Assembly: GCF_964213995.1 (NCBI RefSeq)
Contig: NC_135822.1
Coordinates: 25,048,001 to 25,112,000 of the forward strand
From: Mustelus asterias
Taxonomy: Eukaryota
Reading direction: 5' to 3'
Length of the DNA stretch: 64,000 nucleotides
Below the pieces are notes generated by a model. That model was not told the origin of the DNA. It worked only from the letters and a program-made list of their open reading frames with translations, and made no database searches. Shown piece after piece: positions 22,504 through 36,318 of the stretch; the first letter of the stretch is position 1, and every line of letters begins with the position of its first letter. A program made the position numbers and the translations under genes.

Positions 22504-25500
22504 TAAAAGATAACTGACTATTTAATCTAGTAGTTTTGGTTGAAGAATAATGATCAACTGGGACAACTCCCCTGTTTGTCTTCAAATTGGAGATCTTTTA
22601 AATCCATTTTAATAAATAGATGGTTTAGGTTAATAGCTCATCTAAAACACAGCACCTACAATAATGCAACACTCCCTCAGTGCTGCAGTGAAGTGTCAAC
22701 CTAGATTAAATGCTCACGTCACATGAGTTGGATTCAAACCCATGAAATTCTGATTCAGGGGAAACAGTGCTGTTATCAACAGCTAAAATAAATAAAATAA
22801 CGAAGGCAAAGAGCATTAAAATGATTTAAACAACAATTGGATGCTAACTGGGAGACTCCAGGGTTAAATCAAAGTGGGCTGAATGGCATTGTTCATTTCT
22901 CATTATCATGTACTATTTCTTTGCTATTGCCTGTGCTTGTCTGATATCATTCAAATTTAATTAGAATTTAAAAATTGCTTTGATTAACCACAGACAGGGC
23001 CTAGCAGCTGTGGCTTTGATACAACGACACTACAAGTATAAACAAGACTGTATAAAAGTTGTCTGTCTTTTGGGGCAGGTTTAGATTTTGCTTTTATTTT
23101 GGCCTTTTGAATGTACTGTCACTGTAACAAAAAGACTAGAAATAACAAGTCATTGCTCCAGTGAGCACCAACTGGAATTGTAGAGATCAGCTCATTTGGA
23201 TGCTCAGAGATACAGTTAATTGCTGAGATGATAGATTTTTGGATAAGCTGTTGATATAGGATGTCTCACACATCACTGCGAATCAGTGAACCAACGTAGC
23301 CCAGAGAAAGAGAGAGCAATGAGGGGCAGATGGTGACCGGAACAATTATGATACCACTGACAATGAACACAACCAGATCAGAAACAGAAAAGAATACATC
23401 TCTCTAATGTGACCACAGCAGAACAGACAGGGCCAGGAGCTGCTGTTAATGAAAAACGGGGGAATCACTGAGAGGCACAAGACTGGGATGGATGAGAACT
23501 AAAGGAAGACAGAGAACTGGGTGGATATCACTGAGACAGCCAGTTTCAAACTAGCCATTCTGCCGAATATAAAGAAAACAGGTAAGGATACTGTCATTGA
23601 ATGTTCCTGATCAATGCCTGTTACTTTGTGGGAACTATCGGAGACACTCCATTGCAGCCACCAGAATTTTGCTGAAGGAAAATATTATTACTGTGATAAC
23701 ACTCAGGATATGCTTCTATGAGATCAAAAGTATTGATGCTTTGAATCAAAACTTACATCTAGAGCAATACAGTGGCAAATCATAAATTCACCTATTACTG
23801 CTTTTCTGCAGAAAAGGATACCTGGGTTTGATATTGAAATGAGGCATGGACAAGGGTTTGGTCTATCGAGCTGACAGGGGTCTGATGCAAACTCATTAAC
23901 CTGAAATGAAATCTCTGTTTATCTCTCCGCAGATACTGCCTGACCTTCCAATCTGATGATTTATTCTGAATGTAATTATCAAACTAGGTGGGTGATTATA
24001 TATCTGTCTAATTTTTCCAGCTAACCCAGCCACCAAAATGGCTCCCTTGTGTTGACATGGGTTTGGGGGCACTCAGACTCCAGTTCCTAGGACAGAACAC
24101 AAAACTATTCTAAATTCAACACTAAATTTGGAATCTCATTCAGAAAAAATAAACTTTCACAGCCTCAGGACATCCCAAAGATCCTTACGACCAATTAATT
24201 ATTTCAGAAGTGTAATCACTGCACTGCAACAATAATAGGAAATCACAGCAACCAATTTGCACACTGCAAGGTCTCACAAAAAACACTGAGATAAGTGACC
24301 AAATTTTGGTCAATGTTGGTTGAGGGATAAGTGTTAGCAAGGATACCGGGAGAACAACTCAGTTCTTCTTCAATTGGGATTTCAGTTTGATACTAAAATA
24401 AGGCAAAAAAATGAAGGTTTGGTCTCCAGGGCTAACAATAGTCTTTTGCATTTACCTTAAAAGAAAGACTAGTCCTGCATTTAACATTTCATCCAAAAAA
24501 TAATACGGCACTTCCTCAGTACTACACTGGTGTCAGCAAGAGTATTTACTTATGTCTCTGTGGTGAGGCTTGAACTATAATTATCTGACTCAGAAGTGAG
24601 AGGGATAGTGCTGAGCTAAAGCTGACATACTTCGGGTGCGGGGCCCAAAGGAAGGCTGGTATGGGAAATGGGACACTGATGCTAGCCTCTGAGGTTGAGG
24701 TTGATACTTGAGATAGTATGAGTGATCTTCACTCTGTATCTATCCTTCTGTGTATCTGACCCATGAGTACTTCATGGGACAATGTAGAAGGAGGTCGGCC
24801 TTTGTATGTAATCTATGCTTTAGCTGGTAGAGTAGTATTTAATGGTGTGGAGAATTAGTGTCGAGGGAAATTTATGCTTCACGTAACATATGCTGCAGTT
24901 GACTTGCAAATTCCTCTTGGACCACTGAGGGCAGAATTTAATGCCCAATATCAAGAGTTTGGTGACAGAAAGATTTAACCGAATGAGGGGAAAGCACTTG
25001 GGGACCTGCTGCCTTTCTACCTCTGCCCTGATTAATGCCACCCCGCTTTCAATTGAGGCCCTTAAACGGGCAATTGATGCCCACTTAAGGGCCTCATCCC
25101 ACTGCTGCTGCTATTGACCCAGCAGCGTGCGGGCAGGAGACTCACAATGCAGGAAGCCTTAAAGGTGAGCCGTGTCATCTGGGGAGGGGGAGGGATCTCA
25201 TTCAGAGGCACAATGACTGATCACGGGCCAGGCATTTGGAAGGGGGGTGTTGACCCATTGAGAGGCGCTCCCCCACTCATACTGCTGATCTCCTCCCCAC
25301 CTTCCCCTCCACTGCAATCCCCACCCCACGACCTCACTCCCACATCATTTATCTGTGGTCTGGGTCTCTTGGTGACCCTGGGCCCCAGGTCCGTGCATTA
25401 CTGGTGACAGAAATCTCCCGCCAATGTTGTTACCAAACAATATACAGCTCAGCAGCTCTCAGGGTAAGGGTGGTGGAATTTTTGACCCCCCTTGAAATAT

Positions 25501-25689
25501 TTCATTTCCGCAGCCTAACACCACCAATTTAATGGGAGAAAAGTTCGCAAATATTGGTTGAAAAATCTTTTCCTGATATCGCATGGTACTTAAACCCCAC
25601 TTTCTTGCTTTGCCCCTCAGGAGTTTTGACTTAGAAAGCTTCAGGGGTATTTAGACAGGATAGGTGAATGAGAAAGAACATGGAAGATG

Positions 25690-26672
25690 GAACACAATGT
25701 GAAATTCCACTTTGGTAGGAAACGCAGAGTATGCTTTAAATGGTGAGAGATTGGTAAGTGTTGATGTTTAAAACGACCTGGGTGTTCTTGTTCATGAGTC
25801 ATTGAAAGCTAGCAGGCAGGTGCAACAAGTAATTAGGAAGGCAAATGATCTATTGGCCTTGAGCTTTATTGCAAGAGGATTTGAGTACAGGAGTAAAGAT
25901 CTTGCTGCAATTGTATAGTCTTGGTGAGACTGCACCTGGAGTATTGTGTACAGTTTTTGTCTTCATACCTAAGGAAGGGTATGCTTGCTAAGGAGTGAGT
26001 GCAACAAAGGTTCACCAGACTGATTCCTGGGTGTGATAACCCCCATGAGTTCCATGGGGAATCTCTAATTCATTGAATATGAGTTCCCTTGGTAACAGGC
26101 AATGGCCTATCCAAGTGGAACTCAACACCTGAGCCCTTTATAAGGCTGACACTGGGACAGGTCTGAAGAACTATTGTCCTGTTTGGGACTTGTGTATGTA
26201 CAACATGAAGTAAGGCTTTAATTTGTGCTTAACAATAACTGTTGCTCCTTTCCAGTTGAGCTTCCTGAGTTATTGCATTAGGATAGTAGGATTGTTCTGT
26301 GAGGAGAGATTCAGGAAACTGGGCCTGTATTCCCTAGAGTTTAGAAGATTAAGAGGCAATCTCATTGAAATGTACACAATTCTAACAGGACTTGACAAAG
26401 TAGTTGCAGGAAGGATGTTTCCCCTGGCTGGGAATCTAGAACCTGGGGACACAGTCTTAAATGGCCTATCTTTTATCCTGAGACAAGGAGGAATTTCTTC
26501 ACTCAAAGGATGGTGAATCTTTGGAATTCTCTATCCTGGGGGACTATGGAGGTTTAGTCATTGAGTATGTTCATTGTGATTGATAGACTTATAGTAAAGA
26601 CATCAAAGGACATGGGGATAGTGTGAGGAAAATGGCATTGAGAAGATCAGCCATGATCTAATTGAATGGTGA
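25690..26672 (+). mobile_element. Degraded CR1 LINE 3' part, interrupted by a solo LTR
   Basis: ctggagtattgtgtacagttt...LGLYSLEFRRLRGNLIEMY..., then CR1 3' UTR. Confidence 0.88.
26032..26277 (+). mobile_element. Older solo LTR nested in CR1
   Basis: TG...CA ends; splits the CR1 phrase ctgattcctggg|...|gata; degenerate TSD ctggg/ttagg; tataag internally. Confidence 0.6.
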
Positions 26673-27599
26673 AACAGGCTTGCTTGGATGAGTGCAGCTC
26701 CAACAACACTCGAAGTTCAACACCATCCAAGTCAAAACAGCCTGCTTATTTGGCATCCCTTCCACAAACATTCACTTCTTTCACCTCTGATGAACAGTGG
26801 CAGCAGTGTGTACCATCTATAGGGAATTGCATCGCAGGAACTCACCAAAGCTCCTTAGGCAGCACCTTCCAAACCCATGACAGCTATCATCTAAAAGGAC
26901 ACCACCATCTAGACGTTGCTCTCCAAGTCACTCACCATCCTGACTTGGAAATACGTTGCCAATCCTTCACTCACTGGGTCAAAATCCTGGAATCCCCTCC
27001 CTAACAGCATGGACTGGAGTGGTTCAAGAAAACAGCTCACCACTACCTTCTCAAGGGCCATTATGGATGGGCAATAAATACTGGTGATGCCCACAGCCCA
27101 TAAACAAAGTTAAGAAAAGGCCTGTTGTGGTTCCTATTTCCTAAGTTCCTCTGAAGAAACTAATTGAAGACTTGACCTCAATAGGAAAATGTCTCTTAAA
27201 ACAGCTGGCAAGGGATTCCAGCACTCAAAGGGTTAAGCAAATTGTTGTTTCTCATCTCCAGCTGGTAGTCAATTTAAAGGAAAGAGAATCCTAGGGAGGG
27301 TGGAAGGTTAATTTTCTGTGCGACTGGTTCAGTTCAGATTCTTCCTCCCCTTTAAGTAAAATTAGCCATAAAGTTAAATTGGGATAGAAGTCATTCTCAG
27401 TTGATAACCAAATAAATGCTTCAGTTGGAACAGTTTGCAAAACTAACAGCAGGACAGGCTATTTCTTGTCAGAGACATGTCATCCGCCAACCAACTTTGA
27501 AATAAATTAATCTTATCTTAAAACCACCATGTAACGTATTTATGATGACAGTGTGTGACTGCATGGAAATTAGTCTGTGTGGAGTGGGACGATTAGGGA

Positions 27600-27816
27600 G
27601 CAACTTCCTGTTTGCTGTACTAATGCCCCAGGAATTCATTTTCCTTTTATGGTAAAGTGAAGCAGAGGTAGGCGGTCAGACTTCCTTGAGTAAGGGAGTG
27701 AGATGATCAGAAGCAGTACAGACTCACTGCAGTTTAGTCTCTAGGCTCTGAAGGAGGTGTGCTTGTGGAAGAAAACCAACAAGGCTGTACCCTTAGACAA
27801 CAAAGCTCTTCCTTTG
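27600..27816 (+). promoter_or_regulatory. FBLIM1: Putative FBLIM1 promoter and non-coding first exon with CArG box
   Basis: CCTTTTATGG 27643-27652, ETS-like acttcctg ~27603, strong donor TG|gtaagt at 27817; first coding exon has an acceptor at 29616 only 13 nt before the ATG. Confidence 0.5.
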
Positions 27817-29629
27817 GTAAGTGCTCCAGTGAACTGTGAATGAAATGGATTTGTCGACGTCCTTTAGTCAGTAGGATAGTTATCTCGGATGTTATATGCT
27901 GGGGTACTTTCAGGCAGATTTGGAAATCGATGATATGATTGTGGGGAGCAAATGTGTATGTTTTATACCTCCCTTTGCTGAATGTGCTGACACTTGCTGG
28001 GATATAGCTTCACAGGCCCCAGCGATCCTCTGGCACCCCATTCATATGGCTATTCTTCATACATGAGCCGAAACAGTGAATGTTGCTAGGACCTTCCCCT
28101 CAGCTGATATCCACAAACATGCATCTTGCAGCAGTAGTCACTCAACTTTGATCAAAAGTGAGAATCCTAGCCAATTTATTTCCTGTAACTAGTACCGGTC
28201 CAGTTACAACCTTTCACCACCACTCCAACTACAATTAGCTAACATGGCACATACCCGGATTTAGGCTTGGGGTGTTCCTAATCTGTATGTACAATACTGG
28301 GTGGGCCCTTATACTGAGAGATTTAGTAGATGTTTGACATCTGTGGTTAATTACACTGTAATATTTTCTAATATGTCCATGTAGCTCACATATCCCTTGG
28401 TCCACTTCTACTGACCCTGAGTCTCATTTGTTGTCAAGAAATAAGGACCATGAGGTACAAAATGTTGCATTTGTGTTTGTGTATCAAGGGCTGCAGCTTG
28501 TGACCTTCAAATTGATCACATCTTGTAGAGAGAAAAGGGCAGTTTGGTTCCTCACCATCACAAGTATGGTGTTTAATTGCAGTACCTACCATGTGACACT
28601 TTAAACCAAAATATATCTGAACTGGTGCCACGAAGGTCTGGTTCAGTTTATGGCGACACAACAATCTGGTGTACAATCACTTAAATTTGCCCATTGAGTC
28701 TTGCCGGAAGTGAGAGTTTCCTTGATACAGTTCATTCCTAAGTAACAGTTGAGATAAGGACACACCCTATCCCAGCAAACTTTGTCTTTAGCTCCTGCAT
28801 TGAGCAACTTCCACTAAAACACTCCTATTGATTTGGAATCATATTTTCTGTAAAAACATAAATATCATGGTGGGGGCGGGCGGGGGAGGGGGAAGCCAGA
28901 TCTGGTTGCTATGTTTACAGACATAGTAAATGCATTACAAGGAATTTTTCTGGTATTTGCAGCAAAATTGTAAACCCAAATTCAACACAATGAAGTAAAT
29001 TACAGCAGTCACTGTGTTTAAAGGTCCTGTTTGCACTCCTGGGCGGAATTATTGTTTGCAATTCACTCAAGGATATGCCATTTTTTTTCCTTTCTTAAGT
29101 TGCCAGGGGAAACATTAGTGTCAGTATCGCTGATCAAAGATCAAAGGTTGGGACTCACTCCCAGGTTTCTACTGATATCACTATGAAATTAACCACCATA
29201 AAGTGAGGGTGTGACTTGGGAAGGGCAGAGACTGGCTTCTCTCAAGGCTTCCTGACAGATGCCTGGATGAATTGGGGAAAGGGTCCTGTATTCCTTTATT
29301 CTGGGGCATGATACTAGTGCTCATTCACTACACCATGCACTATCACACATGAGTTTGTTCTGAAATTCTTAAAAGAAGCTAGTTTCTCTGAGTTCCTCTC
29401 TTGACTCTTATATTCCAGTAGCACCAACATTCCTCTCCCAGTTACAGCTCACACCACCATTTCTTTATAATACCTCTACAATGATTTTCACAGTAACTTC
29501 ATTGCAGTGTTCTAAGCCTACTTGTGACACTAATAAATAAACTTTATCTTGGATACTGCAGACAGGTGAATGCACATTAATAATCTAGTATCACACAGTG
29601 TTGTTTGTGCCTTCAGATATTATACATGA

Positions 29630-29864
29630 ATGATGTCTCAGGCAAAGAAGGTCTCTTCAGTTTACATTCAACTTGCTATTCCTGGGAAAGTCAACACTCC
29701 AAAGATATACAACTCTGTTGAACCCTCAAGGGCAGACAATCGTGTACATCAGAAACCAGTGCCATCAACACTCAAGCCTGGGAACTATCCAAATGGATAT
29801 GGAAACAAGGGGGTAAAAGGAATGGTAGGGACTATTCCATCAACCTTTATTTCTGCTGATGAAG
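29630..29864 (+). CDS. FBLIM1: FBLIM1 (migfilin) first coding exon with filamin-binding motif
   Basis: MMSQAKKVSSVYIQLAIP resembles recalled migfilin KRVASSVFITLAP; acceptor cttcag 29616, donor G|gtaaga 29865. Confidence 0.88.
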
Positions 29865-29954
29865 GTAAGAAGGAAACTTTGTCCGGTTCAGTTACGAGCT
29901 TCTCAACAGTGACAGACTTAAATGCTATAAATTACCGTGGGCTCTCTGGACTTA

Positions 29955-30290
29955 GAAATCATAGAAACCATACAGTGCAGAATGAGGCCATTCGGCCCAT
30001 CGAGTCTGCACCGACAACATTCCCACCTATCCCCGTAATCTCACACGTTTACCCCGCTAATCCCTCTAACCCCTCTAACCTATGCATCCCAGGACACTAA
30101 GGGGCAATTTAGCACGGCCAATGCACCTAACCCACACATCTTTGGACTGTGGGAGGAAACTGGAGCACCCGGAGGAAACCCACGCAGACACGGGGAGAAC
30201 GTGCAAACTCCACACAGACAGTGACCCAAGCCGGGAATCGAATCCAGGTCCCTGGAGCTCTGAGGCAGCAGTGCTAGCCACTGTGCCGCT
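29955..30290 (-). mobile_element. HE1-like SINE
   Basis: Full copy on - strand. Confidence 0.9.
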
Positions 30291-31122
30291 CCTGACATGT
30301 AGCTGGAAATAATGATGCCATTGCAACTATGTATATTGGGATTGTTTGAGATGCAATATGGTAGAGAAGCAGGCAAAAATAAGCAAACCATGGACAGGAC
30401 ACTTCAGGGTTTGATTGTAAGGCTACCAAACAACATGAGGGGAAATGCATTACTTGTTATGTTGCTGAACCACAGAGACAACAAAAGTCCCAGTGCAGTT
30501 CCTTTGCAATGCTGAATTAGCCAATCTCTCAAAGTGGTGCTTGGAGGATTGGTACATAACACTCAGCAGCTCTATACTCGGCAGAGGAAAAGTTGACCAG
30601 GATTTATGGTCCTTCCTGATCATTATTCAGTTCTTGCTGTAAATTGCTTGTATGTAAGACATTAGCTGGAGTGGGCTTGTCGGTGATAGCTTCATGGTCA
30701 TGCATCCTGCCAAAGCTGCCTCAAATTAGTCCTATGGTGAAGAATCAAAAGGTAAGCTGGCATCCAAATAGGTAACCTACTCAGTTTCCAAAGAGGAGGG
30801 GAGAAAATGGAAAAAGAGCTAATCCAGTTTTTCCAAACAGTTAAAATCATGTTCGCTGAGTAAGGTCAAATACCAAACTTGATATCTCAGAAATTAACTA
30901 AAAGGAATTGTTGGTATTTTAAGTTTCTTTCATTTCTACAAACAAACACACATTCTTTGTCAAATCGAACCACTATTGTGAAATCTATCACCTGGCCCGG
31001 TATGGAAGCTCTGCATATAAGAGAGGGAGAGAAGAGTCAGCGTGTCACAGCAGCTTGGCATGGGTGTGTCCTGTGTCCTACTTTGCCCTTTACAGCCCTT
31101 ATTGTGATTTTATTTTTTTCAG

Positions 31123-31301
31123 ATTTGCCCCCACCACCTCCCCCTGCTTCAGAGAACACAAGAGATGCTTTTTACTCCAATGAGTTACCACTTCCTCCAC
31201 CTCCACCTCTGCAAACCTGTGAGAGACCAGTCCCATCCTTAGCTCATTCCAACCAAAGCAGGCTACAGAAACCATATGTTGGAACAGGTCCAAAACAGCA
31301 G
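31123..31301 (+). CDS. FBLIM1: FBLIM1 exon, proline-rich (DLPPPPPP, ELPLPPPPP; EVH1/VASP-type)
   Basis: tttttttcag acceptor, CAG|gtaggt donor, 179 nt, phase 1->0. Confidence 0.88.
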
Positions 31302-31534
31302 GTAGGTGAAGCAAACACACTTCAGTATTCCTCTTCATCCTCCCATCTTGAAATTCCTGAATCTCAATAGGACATAGATCCTTGGAGACCTCCAAGCCTT
31401 TGATATGTGAACCCAGACGGTGAGCACAGAATGCTCTCCAGTGGCTTCACAGTCATGCACAATCCTGATTTCCAATCTTCGGGTGATGAGAGAAAAACTT
31501 GAAAGAAAACAGATTCAAATAAGTAATGTTTATA

Positions 31535-31835
31535 AAGTAAAGTTTATTTATTAGTCACAAGTTGGCTTAACATTAACACTGCAATGAAGTCACTGTGAAA
31601 ATCCCCTAGTCACCACACTCCGGCACCTGTTCGGGTACACTGAGGGAGAATTTAGCATGATCAATGCACCTGACCAGCACGTCTTTCGGACTGTGGGAGG
31701 AAACCGGAGCACCCGGAGGAAACCCACACAGACACGAGGAGAACGTGCAGACTCCGCACAGACAATGACCCAAGCCGGGAATCGAACCTGGGTTCCTGGC
31801 GCTGTGAGGCAGCAGTGCTTGCCACCATGCCACCC
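31535..31835 (-). mobile_element. HE1-like SINE (alternative-tail subfamily)
   Basis: HE1 head plus aataaacttt-type tail. Confidence 0.88.
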
Positions 31836-31885
31836 TTAGGTGATTTAACTCGCACTGTTTTTGATTAATTCCTTCTTTCTACCAG

Positions 31886-32000
31886 GAATTCTCTGCATCC
31901 TCCAAATCTGACAGGCATCCATTTGTGGGATTCAAACAGGACAATTCCTTGACTCAAAGGGTGAAGGACAAGCAGAATCAATTACCAGATTCAGGGTCAG
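31886..32000 (+). CDS. FBLIM1: FBLIM1 linker exon (EFSASSKSDRHPF...LPDSGS)
   Basis: ttctttctaccag acceptor, CAG|gtaggt donor, 115 nt open; needed to bridge phase 0 to phase 1. Not in the ORF track. Confidence 0.8.
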
Positions 32001-33287
32001 GTAGGTGGCCTACCTGACATAGACGTTTAATGCATTCACCTTCAGGTTCTAAGGTATTACTGGGATTGCAGCACGGTGAGTTCAGAATGCAGCCAGTCCA
32101 CAAATTTATATCTTGCTTCTGTTATCTTATTCGTCACCTACTGTCATGCATTTTGTTTCAATAGTTAGAAAACCTTTAAGCCAACACCTCAGAATTAATT
32201 ACCAATTTGGTGGCTGGACTGGGTAAAACTTGTAACAAATATCCTCCGAAAGAATCTCATAACATTGCTGCAGTGAATTTGTAAATTATACTTTGAATGG
32301 GGATACTGTATGTAGAAACATAGAAAATAGAAGCAGGAGTAGGCCATTTGGCCCTTCAAGCCTGCTCCACCATTCATTTGGATCATAGCTGATCATCAAA
32401 TTCAATATCCTGATCCCTTTAGCCCCAAGAACTATATCTAATTTATTCTTGAAATCACACAATGATATAGAGCATTAGACAAATGTGACCAATAAATTAG
32501 TCACTGGCCAGATATGACCAACTGAGACTTGAGATATGGCTAATAGACTCAGTCATTGGGTGTATGATCTCAATACTTGTATTAATTGAGTGTTTGCATG
32601 TGAATTTTAATCTTGTGTCCACAATTTATGGTGAAAAGTCACTGATCTTTGGTAGCAGGTGCAACAACATTAATATGCAATATTAATATGCAACATTAAT
32701 ATGCCATATTAAAGTATTGAAAAACATATTGGAGGACTTCATAGAGATGCAAGAGAATAAATTATGTCAAGTTAAGATGTTAGGTAGCATAACCAAAAAC
32801 TTGACAAAAGTGATAGATGTTAAGAGGGCTTTAAAAGAGTAGTAGGAAATTGAAAGATAGAGGGAGAAGTGTGAGAGCATGGGGGACCTGGATAACTAAA
32901 GGCAAATGTAAAACCACAGAATGTATGCAACTTGGGATTTTTCAGCTTTGGTTTCTGATACACTGGGTACCTTATTTCAACTGCCTTCTTAGAGAGTGTC
33001 CTACCGAGCCCGTGTAATTCCTGATGAGGCTGGGGTCAGCTAGTGTCTGAGAGTCTTGGCCAGATTGGGACCTGTAAGTTCCTAAGAATCCTGAATTATC
33101 TGGAATGTGATGCTCTATGAATTTTGGTTTGATTAGGATCCGGCTAGTCTGTGGGAATCCAGACCTGCCTTTGATATGCTAGTCCCTGAGTTATGGTCAT
33201 GCTGGGATGCACTGAAACTAAATTTCTGAATCATGATCTTGTTGGGATGTGCTAATCTCTGTGTTCATGGCTTTTTCCCTCTTTCAG

Positions 33288-33457
33288 ATGTCTGTGCATT
33301 TTGCAACCAGCTGGTTCCACCGAGTATGCCCGCTGTTGTGGCCATGAATAACATATTCCACGAGGATTGCTTGAAGTGTAGAAAATGTCAGTGCGGACTG
33401 GTGGGAAAAACTTATTACAATATAAATGACCACCCTCACTGCGACTCCTGCTATCTG
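33288..33457 (+). CDS. FBLIM1: FBLIM1 LIM1 exon (DVCAFC...HEDCLKCRKC...CDSCYL)
   Basis: LIM zinc ligands C-x2-C...H-x2-C-x2-C-x2-C...C-x2-C; ctttcag acceptor, CTG|gtatag donor; 170 nt. Confidence 0.95.
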
Positions 33458-34014
33458 GTATAGCTGCTATTTCTTTCATATGGAATAGCTTATTTTCTTT
33501 CTATAAAGTTCCTGCTTTTCTCCCTTTCTTTCTGGAAGGCGTTGATTCTTGTTGTGATACAGTTTGCAGAATCACAGACTAGTACAGCACAGATTATCTC
33601 ATTTATGATAGTGTTGGAATGTTGTTTGACCATGGCCACATCATTACTATACCTGACTCTGTTCTTACTCAATGGACACTTTAACACACACCAAGATGTG
33701 AATAAGAGAATTACCCTGACCTTCAAGAATGGTTGCCAGTCTCTCAATGTGATACTATAATTGACTGTGCCATTCTTCCATAGTAGAAACCCTCTTGAAG
33801 ATAGACTGGTGGTAGCATATCCCAGATGTTCATCTTATCTTCAACCCTAGGTTCCCCAGCAACCAAATCTTTCCTCCCTCATAACTATGGGGAACAGAAA
33901 TTTTATTTTTTCTCAAAATATCTCCCGTTCAATCAGCTCAGCAAGGTGAAGTATCCAGTTAGTTCCAATATGAACGTGCAGAGGTCAAATTGGGATATGC
34001 ATTATGCAGATATG

Positions 34015-34463
34015 GTGACTATCCTTCCCATTATGAGGGGAGACTGAGTGGACTGGGCTATACTCATTGGAATTCAGAAGAATGAGCGGAGATCTTATAG
34101 AAACATATAAGATTATGAAGGGAATAAATAAGATAGAAGCAGGGAAGTTGTTTCCACTGGCAGGTGAAACTAGAACTAGGGGGCATGGCCTCAAAATAAG
34201 GGGGAGCAGATTTAGACTGAGTTGAGGAGGAACTTCTTCATCCAAAGAGTTGTGAATCTGTGGAATTCCCTGCCCAGTGAAGCAGTTGAGGCTACCTCCA
34301 TTGAATGTTTTTAAGGCAAGGATAGATACATTTTTGAACAGTAAAGGAACTAAAGTTATAGTGAGTGGACCTGAGTCCACGAAAAGATCAGCCATGACAT
34401 TGAATGGCAAGCAGGCTCGAGGGGCTAGATAGCCTATTCCTGCTCCTAGTTCTTATGTTCTTA
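34015..34463 (+). mobile_element. CR1 3' fragment
   Basis: ctgggctatactcattggaattcagaagaatgag...cctgctcctagttcttatgttcttat. Confidence 0.9.
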
Positions 34464-34643
34464 TAAGGTCTTTCTTTCTATGTCTTCCCACCAAGTGTCA
34501 TCCTTCAAGAAAGGGAAAAAAAAGTTTAATAAAAACTCTCAGCAAAGTTGCCTAATCTGTTACAATGTGCACAACATCATGCATCAATATCCTTCTATCT
34601 CGTAGTGTGCTTACTGAGTCCTTTGCGCCTCTTTAAACTGCAG

Positions 34644-34822
34644 GACACCTTGGAGAAATGCAGCAAGTGCAGAAAACCAATACTGGACCAGATTATAAGA
34701 GCCATGGACAAGGCTTTCCATCCTGAGTGTTTCACATGTGTTGTCTGTAACCGGCTCATTGGAAGTGAGCGTTTTGGAGTGAACCAGGACAGTGAGATTC
34801 ACTGTCTCGAAGACTTCCAGAG
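34644..34822 (+). CDS. FBLIM1: FBLIM1 LIM2 exon (DTLEKCSKC...AFHPECFTCVVC...HCLEDFQR)
   Basis: ctgcag acceptor, AG|gtatgg donor, 179 nt; zyxin-family LIM2. Confidence 0.96.
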
Positions 34823-35979
34823 GTATGGTTCCAGCATTCCTGTACAATGTTTCAGCAAGGGCTTTGTGTAGATTCTCAGCTCCCGAGTCAATCACAGGTA
34901 CACTCATGCCTAACTGAGGTACTGCAAAATTAATTAAAATCTCTTGTACACTCCCTGGTTTGGTGAATAAATTTACAATGTGGTATGGTGCTGATCTCAA
35001 TCCCTGCTCTGAGCAGGGTTTGTCAGGAAAGCAATCAGATGCTATAGTTAGTTAGCCTCAGCATCCCCATTAAGAGAAAAATTCAGTGATCCCTGCTTTA
35101 AAGTATATGGCAATGTACATTTAATGATGGCTGAATCAGGCTCTGCTGTGACATATTAATTCTGAAGAACTTTTCCTTCAGTCAGGCCATTACTGCACCT
35201 ACCTGTTTTGTAATGACATCCAGGGTTTCTGCCTTCATCTCTGCCCAAAAGTCCATTCCAGGTGCTGACTGCCCTAGGTATGAAGAATTTACTGGTATCA
35301 GCCTTGCAGTCAAAGGGAAAACGTGATTAAAAGATTGCTCCTTTACTTGCCATTTTCACAAAACCAATGTGGTCTTATTGAAGGCATTCAGGAAAGGTCA
35401 GAGCAGTAAATAATGGCTGTGTTGCCTTTTAATATTCAAGGTGACTCAAAATATTATCAGTTTTCATTGGGAATCTTGCACTAGACTGCAACACTATCTT
35501 CAATCAGCATGTGGCACTGTTGTATTTTGGAACTGCTGCTCAGACCAATCACAAATTGGGTTCTCCATGTTGACTGGCTGCAAATTATTAATAGGATTTT
35601 ATGACCAAAACTTGCCCAATTATTGAACAGTTCTTGCTGTATGTCATTCAAAATAACTGGAATAGATTAGCACCAAGTGGTCCATGTGCTTTTCAAAATC
35701 CAGATAATGTTCAAAAGTAAAGATGACACCATGAATAGATTTCCACCATCCGATAGGAGGAAACAGCTTGGACAAGCGTAATTATTTTTCCGTTTTTAGT
35801 TTTTTTTCATTCTGCGCAGGAGTCACCTAATATGTTGGTGACTGGCTTGGGGACGGCAACAACTTGTACTTCCACATACATGTTGGACCCAGTTCTCACG
35901 TGGATAACTCACATGTGGATTCCCTCAGTCCTTCATGCTTGGACCTAAAATAGGAAAGTTATTAAAAGTTATTTCTCGG

Positions 35980-36318
35980 GGAGGCGATGGCCCAGTGGTA
36001 TTATCGCTGGACTATTAATCCAGAAACTCAGCTAATGTTCTGGGGGTGTAGGTTCGAATCCTGCCGCAGCAGATGGTGGAATTTGAATTCAATAACAAAA
36101 TCTACTGATGACCATGAAACCATTGTTGATTGATGGAAAACCCATCTGGTTCACTAACGTCCTTTAGGGAAGGAAATCTGCCTTCCTTACCTGGTCTGGC
36201 CTACATGTGACTCCAGAGCCACAACAATGTTGTTGACTCTCAACTGCCCTCTGGCAACTAGGGTTGTGCAAAAAATGCTGGCCAACCAGCAACACCCATG
36301 TCCTGGGATTGAATAAAA
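35980..36318 (+). mobile_element. tRNA-derived SINE, second family
   Basis: gatggcccagtggtattatcgctggact...ggttcgaatcc; same family at 49610-49915 and 11870-12130(-). Confidence 0.8.

Noticed and set aside
23230-23585. Purine-rich exon-like stretch ending in cag|gtaagg
   Set aside because: The frames I read close with stops, and there is no clear acceptor; cannot be supported as coding.
32685-32732. 13-bp AT-rich tandem repeat (caacattaatatg x~3.5)
   Set aside because: Simple slippage repeat with no spacers; not CRISPR-like and no evident function.
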